Origin: Hydrurus foetidus
Lineage: Eukaryota
NCBI GenBank assembly: GCA_900617105.1
Contig: UYFQ01000373.1
Location: forward strand, 124,001 to 188,000
Length of the DNA: 64,000 bases
Reading direction: 5' to 3'
Part shown: piece after piece, positions 1 to 27,618 of the stretch
Position numbering within the stretch: the first letter of the stretch is position 1
Layout: every line of letters begins with the position of its first letter
Notes under the pieces: generated by a model
Told to the model about the DNA's origin: nothing
The model's database searches: none
The model's input: the letters and a program-made list of their open reading frames with translations, nothing else
Made by a program: the position numbers and the translations under genes

Positions 1-355
1 TTTTTACATTATTCTGTATTATCCCATTCTCATCCTTTCTACTGTGTGATCAGTATTAGTAACTCAACATTTATTTTGCGACTCGTTTATCTTTTTCCAT
101 TCTATCCTTCTCAAATCGTGTCCACTCCTGCGTCCTCTTCTTTTTTTCATTTATTCTTTATTGTAAATACTTAATTACAGCATCTTTTTTCCATCTCAGT
201 AAAATTGCATTTATTGTTTTTTGACCAATCTCATTATTCACCACTTGTCTCATTTTCTACCTCACTCTCTCATTCTCTAACTCTTTCTATCTTTCTCTAC
301 CTCTTTTCCTACCTCATTCTCTACCCTTTTCTCTCTACCTTTTTTAACTTCACAG

Positions 356-3300
356 ATTCTCTCTGACATCGCTGGAATGGAACACGACTCTACTACTAAT
401 TATTATTTGAAAAAAGAATCACTTATTGAGTTGTGTGTGTGCGGTGTTTTTGATTTGTGCGTAGGCATCGTACAACGGTTGGCCTCACCTAAAATGATCG
501 ATATTGCTGTAGGTAAGAAACTCGAGAAAGCTTTTGATCGTGTGTTGAAATTGTCTGTAAATTGGCATTTTATTTGCTTTGCTGTGCTTTACCTTGTTTC
601 GAAATGATTTATCTTTTTTTTTGATTTTCTTGATTTTTTTGCATTTCGGCTCTTCTTCTTCATATGAATTTTTTCGTTCAACAACATAATTCATTCTTTT
701 TTGACACGACATTTGTTTTTCATGGCAGGCTTTGTGATGATATTGGATCGTTGCATAGAACTATTAATCGCATTTGAAAATGAATTAAGAAAAAACGAAA
801 AAAATGAAGATGGGGAAGATGAAGAAGCAGATATGGAAGTGGAAATGGGGACAGCGCAAGCCAATGCAAGCACTGAAAAGAACTTCGAGAATAGCACTGG
901 AGTAGAAAACGAGAGAGCAGGAGGCAGAGGAGGTAAAAATAAAAAGAACAATAAAAATAGATTGAAAGCTGGCGATCGCATTCTCGAATGTCGCAAAGAA
1001 TATTCAGGTAAAGTGTTACGCCTTTTCTATTGTTTTTAAGTGTCGCAGTTTCTTTTTTTATTTACTGTTTACATCCCGCTCTTTTTTTATTTTCGTACTT
1101 TTTATTTTTTTCCTTGCGATTTTTTTGCCATTTCTTCCACGATATTTTCAGATCGGTTACACGGTTTGTGCGAGTCTCTACTTCGGAGAAATTGGACCAG
1201 TCCAACCGGTACGTACACACATGCATACGTCCATTTTTTTCACGCTCATCTTATCACATCTTTTTCCAGATTTCTCTCCTCTGCTACTTATTTCAAACGC
1301 ATATGGTAATACTCAAAACCAGAACACAGAAACTTCATGATCTCATTTTTTCTTCCACACTTTCTTCCTTTATTGTATTTAACATTTATTATTTATTCTG
1401 TTTGGAGATTAGCATAATTCATTTTATGCATTTTAACATGACGAATATTCCTACACTTGCAATTCGTTTTTCCTTCATTGATTTTTAACAGTGAAAAGGA
1501 AATTTTCATCAAAAGATATTGGGTATTTTTTGAAAATTGAAATAAAGTGGGCACCAGTGAAATCCACTTTGTTGCAAAATTTAATCAGTGACGTACTGCC
1601 AAGGTAATTAGTACGTGTGTTTTTACTTCTCTTCTCTTCTCTTTCCTGCTCTCTCCGAAGTGTCTTTTGTATTTTCCTTTCGTTATTTTGTATTATTTGG
1701 TATTGTCATTCTTCCCACTCTTTCATTTCCCTCCTTTCATTTCCTTCTTCCTTTCTCCTTCCTCTTCATTCTTTCTTTTCCTCTTCCTCGACTCTCCTTC
1801 TTTTATCCTCGACGTCTCTGCTCCTCCCTCTCCTCATCTACCTCTCCCTTCCACTCGCTAATTATCAACCCCCACACACTATCATTATCACACTTTCTCT
1901 CACCACCACCATCTCTCTACCAGACTGCTCCTTTTTGCCTCTCTCACTCCCCCATTCCTCACCCCTCTCTTCCACACCCTCTCACAATCCCCTCCCCAAT
2001 TCTCTTCATACAGAGTATTAGAATTGGACGATATAAAGGATCACGCCCACGGTTATCCCTCTTTACTGCTGAGCACTTTCGGAACCTTTTACACCCCTCT
2101 GTTTACAGCTCTATTTGACTGCTGGGAAAATGTTCTAGCAAGGTATTCCTGAAGATATTATTGGTTTTATTTTTTAATGCGATTGAATATTTTTCTGATT
2201 TCAAAATCTTGTTGAGGTTTTTTTGCTTATTAGATTCCATGCTCAGATTTTATTATTGTTCGCGATAATTATCACTACGACAAAATACCAATACATAAAA
2301 CATAACTAATTTGACGTCAGCTAATTTGATGCTAATTCATTATTTTAGATATGACGACTACATCAGTAGACAAGAGAAAGGAGAGTCAAATAAGGTGAGA
2401 AAGACACTTACACTTCCTATTGATAACATCGACAAATTGAAGAATTCTCGCCTGATGTTTGTCTGTCATATTCTTTCGACTATTTTGGGATCTTTGTTGA
2501 ATCAGTTTTTGAATTGGCAAACTCTATTTGTGTGACTTCAGTGAATTGCTCCCTTCTTAAGCGCTCAAGCCACTAAAAGTTTTTGATTTTAAAGAATGAG
2601 TTTTTACATGTTTCATATTTTTATTTTTCAAATGTTCTTTACAGATAAATTCTGACGAGGAAAGTGAAGAAAGTGAAGATGAAAATGATGAAGGTGAAGG
2701 GCATACAAATTTAAAATAATCCAACATTCATGTTTGCATTCTGCAATCACAATTTTCTACATTATCTATGATTTTGATATTCAAATTCCTTTTCTTTTCT
2801 TTAATTTTTTTTTTTATTTCCTTGTAATTCATTTCTTTTTATTTCACGTTTTTTTTCGTTCATTTTTATGCATCTTAGGACATCAGGCATTTTCACAGAA
2901 AGAAAAAGAAAAAAAGAAATTCAGTTATTCTTCTGCTTCGCAAGAAACCATGGATCTGGTAAATTCCAGATTATTTGTATTTTGTATTTTTATGATGAGT
3001 GTTATGTGTGATTCTTTTGTTTGTGTGTGTTGGATGAAAGATATCTGACTGTCTGTTTGTTTATTTGTTTATTTATTTATTTATTTGTTAGTCTAACTGT
3101 TGTTTATTTGTTGATATATCTTTCTGCTCGTTTGTATGTTTGGTTGTTTACTGATTTGCACGTCAGTGTCTCTCCTTCTAATTGTGTGTGTTCTTACTTC
3201 TCTTCTTTAATAAACAGCAAATATAAAAATCAATATTCAAAATAAAGTATTCAATTCAATCTTAGAAACTGAATCTCCACCTAATATTCTTGATTCTAGG

Positions 3301-6300
3301 TATTAATGTTTGGCGGATTAATTGAATTTACAAGAGAAGAAAATTTAGAATCTAAAAATATTTTGATGACTGCACTGAGAGAAGGAAAAAAATTTATTGA
3401 TTTATTTTTATCGGTAAAAAGTTCCAAATTTATTTCCGTTATGTTTTACAAAAAAGAAAATCAGGTAAAATGAAAAAGTCATTACTTCTTACTTATTCTT
3501 ATATCCACGATTTACAATTTTATGAGTACTATTTTAATTCAAATTATTTCTTTTTGTTTTATTATTATTTCTTTTCCGGTGTCACACTTTTCTTACACAT
3601 TTGAATGATTTTATCTTCCTGTGCTTTCCTTACTTCTTCTTTTTTATGCAAAGTTATAATCGCCAAATAGTTAGCACATCATGATTTTAGTCCTGCTATG
3701 GCTGCAAATAAAATTCTCCACATTAGAATAATTGTAATACATATCGTAATAGATTTTTTATAACAAATCTCATAAAAAATATTATCATCATCACGTAAAA
3801 TTGGAAATAATCATGTGGTTCAATTTTAGACTCAAATGATGGCTTCTATTTTTTATGCACATTATTGTACTTCTGGAAAGATAGTGATACCCATCGCACT
3901 TCTTAATTTGTATAATCTTAAATACGAAAAATGATCAATTAAGACCTCAAAAAGAACAATTCATTATTACTCACATCTTCAAAACAGACTTTAAAGATGC
4001 TATCGAGATTGCAGAAATCAACAAGACAACTTCAAGCCCTCAGCGCTCACGGGAAATTACAACGGTACGTATGTACGTGCGAATATATGTGGATTTTTCG
4101 ACTTTTTTATTTTCATTTTTTTTAATGTCGCGAGATGGGTGTATGTATATTCTGCCATGTATTACAACAGCTGAATAAAGTGGCACCTTTTTCACGGAAA
4201 TCTCAGATGGAGTGATGATAATCGCTATTCAACACTATATTAGAAAATACAAATGGGGACATTCCTCGGGTTTTGTGTTTTTTAGTATAGTGTGGGGTAA
4301 TCGATATTTCATCAGTCCATCTGAGATTAGATCTAAACGGTTCCACTTTATTTTGCTGTTGTAATAGTTACTATAAAGGAATGGTAAATGAGAACAAAAA
4401 ATCTGTAACAAAATGCCAAAAAACGAAAAACTCTTTTGATAAAAAATTCAACTTCATCAGACAATGCAATACTCTGTCACACAATACTGCACAAAATTGA
4501 ATAATATTATACCATATTATAATATGCTACGCTACACTATGCAATGATATGCTACACCATACAGCATTCCCTTTAAAATAATATATAAGCGTTTTAGCGC
4601 AGGACAAAACACAATGAAATCAACACAATACGATACGATACGAAACAATACATAAAGATACAATCAAATACATCGCAATGTTATACTCTATTAAGCCATA
4701 CTATACTATACTATACTATACTATACTATACTATACTATACTATACATACTATACCATACTGCACTATACTATACTATACTATAATATACTGACTAACTA
4801 CTATACTATTTATTTTGTCGGTAAAAAGTTCCAAATTTATTTCCGTTATGTTTTACAAAAAAGAAAATCAGGTAAAATGAAAAAGTCATTACTTCTTACT
4901 TATTCTTATATCCACGATTTACAATTTTATAAGTACTATTTTAATTCAAATTATTTCTTTTTGTTTTATTATTATTTCTTTTCCGGTGTCACACTTTTCT
5001 TACACATTTGAATGATTTTATCTTCCTGTGCTTTCCTTACTTTTTTTTATGCAAAGTTATAATCGCCAAATAGTTAGCACATCATGATTTTAGTCCTGCT
5101 ATGGCTGCAAATAAAATTCTCCACATTAGAATAATTGTAATACATATCGTAATAGATTTTTTTTAACAAATCTCATAAAAAATATTATCATCATCACGTA
5201 AAATTGGAAATAATCATGACGTGCAATTTAAGAATCAAATGATGACTTCAATTTTTTATGCACATTATTGTACTACTGGAAAGATAGTGATACCCATCGC
5301 ACTTCGTATTTTGTATAATCTTAAATACGAAAAATGATCAATTAAGACCTCAAAAAGAGCAATTCATTATTATTCACATCTTCAAAACAGACTTTAAAGA
5401 TGCTTTCGAGATTGCAAAAATCAACAAGACAACTTCAAGCCCTCAGCGCTCACGGGAAATTACAACGGTACGTATGTACGTGCGAATATATGTGGATTTT
5501 TCGACTTTTTTATTTTCATTTTTTTTAATGTCGCGAGATGGGTGTATGTGTATTCTGCTACACATTACAACAGCTGAATAAAGTGGCACCTTTTTCACGG
5601 AAATCTCAGATGGAGTGATGATAATCGGTATTCAACACTATACTAGAAAATACAAAAGGGGACATTCCTCGAGTTTTGTGTTTTCTAGTATAGTGTGGGG
5701 TTATCGATATTTCATCAGTCCATCTGAGATTAGATCTAAACGGTTCCACTTTATTCTGCTGTTGTAATAGTTACTAAAAAAGAATGGAAAATGAGAACAA
5801 AAAAGCTATATCAAAATGCCAAAAAACGAAGACCTCTTTTGATAAAAAATTCAACTTCATCAGACAATGCAATACTCTGTCAAACAATACTGCACAAAAT
5901 TGAATAATATTATACCATATTATAACATGCTACGCTACAATATGCAATGATATGCTACACCATACAGCATTCCCTTTAAAATAATATAAAAGCGTTTCAA
6001 CACAGGGCAAAACACAATAAAATCAACACAATACGATACGATACGAAACAATACATAAAGATACAATCAAATACATCGCAATGTTATACTCTATTAAGCC
6101 ATACTATACTATACTATACTATACTATACTATACTATACTATACCATACTGCACTATACTATAATATACTATACTATACTATACTATACATACTATAATA
6201 TACTATACTATACTATACTATACTATACTATACTATATTGTTTTGCGTACAGTGTTGCTTTTAAGATAGCATAAAAAACATTTTTCAAAACACTACAATA

Positions 6301-8310
6301 GAGTACAACATAACACAACTGACTATTGTCGTACTAAATTACCCACACAGAGACCGTCAATTGTGCATGGAAGCCCCTGGCATAAAACGTTCATTAGAAC
6401 AACTGATATTCCGTATGAAAACAATGGTGGCTGGTAGCGACAATAAAGAAAGCACGCAAGTTTGGGTACGTACGTGATTCGTTAGGAATGTATGTTCTTA
6501 TCGTGCATAGTGTTATTCTATATTTTTATGAAGCTTTTTTGTAAAATATAAATCTGTCTGTGTCTTCTTGTATTCATGAATGCACGAATGCACGAGTGCG
6601 TCACGTTTATTTGCAAATTTACTCACTTTTACACACATATTTGAATATCTTTTTATTCCGTTCTAGTGTTGTTGAAGTCCTTAACTTTCTAATTATTGAA
6701 TTCATGTTGTTTCTAAATAAACTTGTATTAATTTATTCGTTCTTTAGTCGAAGTCCATTCGAACAGTTATCCATTTATCTGCTTCGCAATAATGTATCTA
6801 ATTACGATTAACAACTTCTTTGATTGCTTTGTTTTAGGTGGGTAATTTGAAGCATCGCCATATAGACGGAACAGAAATGGTGAGAGGGCTGGAAATTGAA
6901 GTGGTGGAAAAAAGAAAAAAACAAAAAAACAAAGACAAAGAAGGGTGTAATGAAAGAAATGAAGAAGAGAAAGCAGAAAAGGAAGATGAAGAAGAGGATG
7001 AAGATGAGGAGAATAAGGATGATGACAATGGAGTAAAAGATAGAGAAGAAGATGAAGAGGAGAATGAAGAGGAAGTTGAAAGTGAAGTGAGAAGAAAGAA
7101 AGAAAAGAGAGCAGAAACGAAAAAATCAAATGAAGCCGAAGAAAGGAGGAGCATGAATTGTGTTAAAGCAAATAAGAAGAAATCAGTTAGGAGAAAAGAG
7201 AATAAAAATGATGATGAAATAGACAGTGAGGAGAACGGTGAAAATGAAAAGGCGAATGAGAGTGAAAATGAGAGTCAAATTAGATTGAAAGATGATGGGA
7301 AGAAAAAGAATATGATGGACCACAGCGTAGAGTTGAGAAAAAAGAATGGGGGGACTGATGTAAATAGGAGAAGAAAAGAAAGGGAAGAAGTGAGAAAAGA
7401 AGAAATAAAGGCGGGAAATGTTATTGATTTGCAGAACGGTGATTCGTTCATCGATCTTCTCGATGATAGCGATGATGATGATAATGAAGAGAAAGAAGAC
7501 AAGAATGAAATGTCTGAGAAGAATGATGAAGGATATTTAGTGAAAGTAAAAAACGAAATACGATCACGAAGCATGATAACCAAAAATAGTGGTAAATTTT
7601 GTACGAAGAAAAAAGTGAAAAAAGGGAATACTGAGTCAGATAGTGAAGATGAAGAAAACGAAGTAGGAGAAGAGGAGAATGAGGGAGGTGGTGATGATTG
7701 TGATGATAATGAGAGTGAGGACGAAGAAGAGGAAGATAGTAGAAGAGATGATTGTGATGGTTTTCTTGTGTTAGATAGCGAAGAGGAAGAGGAGGAAGAA
7801 GAAGAGGAAGATGAGGAAGAAAAAGAATTTGACGAAGATAAAGATGAAGTGGATCTCACAAAAGATGTTTCAGAAAATGAAGATGAAAATGATGAAAATG
7901 ATGAAGAAGAAGAAGAAGAAGAAGTTGTGATTGACAGAGGGAATAAGCAATTGAAAGAGAAAGAGAAATCACTAAGCACGCGAGTTCGGAAATACGGTAA
8001 AAGCAGCAGTAATTTATCCGGGTTCTCGAAGAATAAAAAAGAGCGAGTGGAAGTATTAATTAGCGACAATGAAAATGATGAGGAAGAAGAAGAAGAAGAG
8101 GAGGAGGAGAAGGAGGAGGAAGACGAAAATGATGAAATTGATAAGAGAAGAAGAAAGAGAATGGAAATGGAAAAGGAAATCGAGAGAAAGAGAGGAAAGA
8201 AGGAGAGGAGAGTTGATAGTGATGATGATAACGTGAGACAGAGAAAAGAAGGTGGTCGGACAAACAGAAAGAGAGTAGTAAATGATGATGACGAAGATGA
8301 TGATGAGTAA
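356..8310 (+). CDS. FANCD2: FANCD2 homolog, 3' portion (5' end outside window); multi-exon, approx. exons 356-511, 730-1007, 1153-1208, 1491-1603, 2014-2141, 2349-2394, 2645-2692, 2879-2958, 3300-3464, 3988-4064 (or 5391-5467), 6351-6465, 6838-8310
   Basis: Spliced translation ...LMTALREGKKFIDLFL...TLKMLSRLQKSTRQLQALSAHGKLQRDRQLCMEAPGIKRSLEQLIFRMKTMV...VWVGNLKHRHIDG matches the FANCD2 C-terminal region as I recall it (TRxL..H.K...VP.LKK.LE.L..RVK.M...W.GNLK.R...G). GT-AG junctions stay in frame across the last five exons. Confidence 0.85.
4162..4364. mobile_element. Foldback MITE with TA target duplication (Tc1/mariner-like); second copy 5565-5767
   Basis: Left end TTACAACAGCTGAATAAAGTGGCACC vs reverse complement of right end TTACAACAGCAAAATAAAGTGGAACC. 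Internal arms also pair (AATCTCAGATGGA / TCCATCTGAGATT). Copy 1 is flanked by TA on both sides. Confidence 0.8.
4698..4808. repeat. (TACTA)n microsatellite; second tract ~6101-6237
   Basis: Directly visible pentanucleotide tandem repeat. Confidence 0.95.
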
Positions 8311-8845
8311 TGAATAATTATCACTACAGCGGAAACGTAGCTGTCAAGTGAAGAATTTTTCATAAATGACAGTTACATACGAAATAATCTGGACAAACTG
8401 AATATTTATATTTTTTCTTCACATGCATTATTTGAACGATTTCTTCTCGTGAATAATCCAACATTCTCATAAATAAAGTACATTCGATGATGCCGTTCGG
8501 GCTGAAATAGTCCTATCTTTCACCGTACTTCCGACTTCCGACTCAGTTATCGATTTTCGTTATACCGTACGTACTGAACATGTTCTCTCGTTCGTACGCT
8601 TGAGGAAGAACCGGATAGATTTGAAGTGACTGTGAGCAGAGAGGATTGATAACTTCGACTGCTTTGGCTTCTTTGTCGCGTCTCTTCGTTCAAAACATTG
8701 CAGAAGCTACCTCAGAGATGCAACTTGATGATTAGTATCTAATATACTTTACGCAGTAATCAAGATTGAAAAACTTTTAGTGACGCAGCTCCTTCGTTGA
8801 TTTCGTTGATTCCAAAAGAGGAAGCTGTAGATACTGAAAGATGTC

Positions 8846-25167
<16,322 letters not shown>

Positions 25168-25707
25168 GTACCAATAATAATTTTATTGCGTTGGTTACAT
25201 TCAAAAATAAGATTATTTTATAATTCAGCAGTTTAAGTTATTTTCACTGCATCGAATGTCTTTAAGGATACTTGTCGAGATACTTTTATTATGATTGCTT
25301 TAGGCATACAAGCCGTCTGTGATGGTGTTACCACTTCAATTTCATATGATCAATTAGCTAAATTACAATATTGATTTCTCTACATTTTTTTTACTTTTGT
25401 TGGCCTAGGTACTACCGAGACAGAATAAATTGTCCGATCAATATAAACGGATCCAAGGTGGAAATGGTGATTCCAACAGCGCTCAGACCTGTTTTCGTTC
25501 TTTCTTTTTTGACTCTTTATTCTGTCTCAAAAAGGATCAGCTCCACTCTGTCAAGCTTGAATGTTTATCCCCCTGTCCCAGAAATCCAAGGACACAATCC
25601 CGATATCCGGAGACTCTGTGGAAATCTGGCACATGAGATCCTCGGGGATTCGACCCCAAAGCCATGTACATCCTGACAGGGAGCAAACTAGTAAAACGAT
25701 AGAAACT

Positions 25708-25827
25708 AGGCAAAGATAACAAAAGCAAGAAAGACGTTACTAGAACAGACCATACATATAGAGGTACTCTATGCATTGTCATACCTGGAGATCTCATATT
25801 AAAAATCGTTGTATTAATGAAATTTAT
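25708..25827 (-). pseudogene. cox1: NUMT: fragment of mitochondrial cytochrome c oxidase subunit 1
   Basis: Minus strand reads [40 protein letters not shown], matching the conserved COX1 segment (INFITTIFNMR.PG...[15 protein letters not shown]) with one extra codon. Similarity stops abruptly on both sides. Confidence 0.92.
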
Positions 25828-27618
25828 TTTTAAATTTTATCACTGCATCAATATCGACTCCAATTATTTACTCTTTTAGTATTTTTGATTTTGAGACCTC
25901 ACTATTGAGGTAAACCATGAAACCCCCTTCTCCCTTTTCGGCAGCACTGTTGTAAACAACTTCAAGAAGCACAATTTAATATGTGAATGTGGCAGAGTAA
26001 TTTGTAATTCATTTCATGTTTTTTTGTATTTTTTGATGTTAGCAGAGGTGACTCATTTAACGATTTCAATTCCCAACTTTCCAAGTTCAGAAATTGAAGA
26101 ATTCACTTTTAATAAAATCTTTTCGGCATATCGCGGGACTTGAATGTAATTCCCATTTCTCGGCTGAACTTACCAAAATCAAATTGACTGTTTTTCGACC
26201 CACAAAATTCAACAGAATTCATCAAAAATCGTAATATTTGTGCTGGTGTAGAATGGTCCTGAATTAGAGTCATAACAAAACAAAAATGCTCCATAGATGG
26301 CAGTGCGTACGTACGTGTACGTCCGTTAGTACAGTACAGTACTGTACTGTACATAACGGGAAAAATGGAAAAAATAAAAAGATTAAAAGGATGGCAATTA
26401 TCGATAATCAAATAAGATGAAATCGCAGCAAATTTAGAAAAGATTTTAATTCAGAATCCTGACCCCGAACCCCTTCCCTCAGATACGATCTGCTCCATTT
26501 CATCCTGTTTGAAAATATTTCATCCATTTGCTAATCGATAATTACATTCCAAAATAAAAACACATTGGGTGACCCCTAAAATGAAAAAAATCGAGAATTC
26601 ACTTTTAAAAAATCCTCCACTCTTATCTGTCACATTGTGAATTACATCAAAAACTGCACATTCGTCAATTGTCGAATTAAGGTTGAAATTCCTGATGACT
26701 GAAATCAAATGAAAACATTGAGTATGAAATTGTTTTGTTGAAATTTATGAAAAGGATTGGTATTAAAAAGCCATTTTGATCGAGGATGTTTTGCCAGCAA
26801 AAAATGCATATGACTTGAAATATGAAATATGATTGAATGCGCTACTAGATTTTTGTCAGCATTCCAAACAGTAGTATATCAAAATACAAAAGATTGAAAA
26901 GGGGAAAAAATCTGTGATATATCATACAAAAAATAAAAACATTTATCAAATAACAAACTACAGAATACAAAATACGAAAATCGAGGGGATAATATATTTT
27001 AACAATTTTAAATAATTCAATCATCAATTTTTTCAAATAGTTACTCTAATTATACAACATTACTGGCATAAATTTAACCATGTACAAATAATAGAAAAAA
27101 TCTACGCAAGGAAAAATTTCGGATTTGTTCCTCATACAGATTAAAATTAATAATTGTTGCTTGTGAGCAAAAAACGTTTTTCTAATGTTGTTAAGTAGCT
27201 CGTCTCATTTATTTTTATTCCTAATATAAGATGGATGTTATCTTGGTTTGTATTCCTTTTCTTCTTTATTTCTGTGATATTGAAATTTTCTCTCTATCTC
27301 ATATTTTCAGAATATTTAATCACCGCCTATTGTTTTTTCTTCTTTCTTCTAGTTTGTACAAATGAGCATTTTTGTGTCCAATATCATTCTCACTGTTTTG
27401 TATTTTATTTTGAGATACAATTTTTTTACTATTTAGGGATAGTTATCTATATTCGACATTTTTCAGAGCCTATCCAAAATACTTACAATAAAACAAAAGT
27501 GTAATAATCAAGATTTCGTTTTGTATTTGTAATATATTTCTCCTTCGTTCCCAAACAAATTTTCAATTACTTTCAAAATTTTGAATATTGGAATTTTGAA
27601 CATATAATATTTTCTAAA

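Larger units (their letters stand above)
3401..6237 (+). repeat. ~1.4-kb near-identical tandem duplication inside FANCD2 (copy 1 ~3401-4808, copy 2 ~4809-6237)
   Basis: TCGGTAAAAAGTTCCAAATTT at 3411 recurs at 4818 and stays collinear (offset ~1403-1407) through the exon, the MITE and the (TACTA)n tract, with scattered substitutions. Confidence 0.95.

Noticed and set aside
1615..2013. F/L/S/P-rich ORFs here and in many other introns
   Set aside because: Pyrimidine-rich intron sequence lacking stops by composition; the flanking exons splice in frame without them.
7275..8363. 362-aa Ser/Phe-rich minus-strand ORF
   Set aside because: Antisense shadow of the GA-rich FANCD2 last exon.
25708..25827. 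Functional nuclear-encoded cox1 exon
   Set aside because: Only 40 codons, no other cox1 segments in the window, and no targeting sequence.
26430..26530. Three in-frame TGA codons on the minus strand suggesting TGA=Trp recoding
   Set aside because: No recognisable protein, TAA stops occur in the same frame, and all well-supported genes translate with the standard code.
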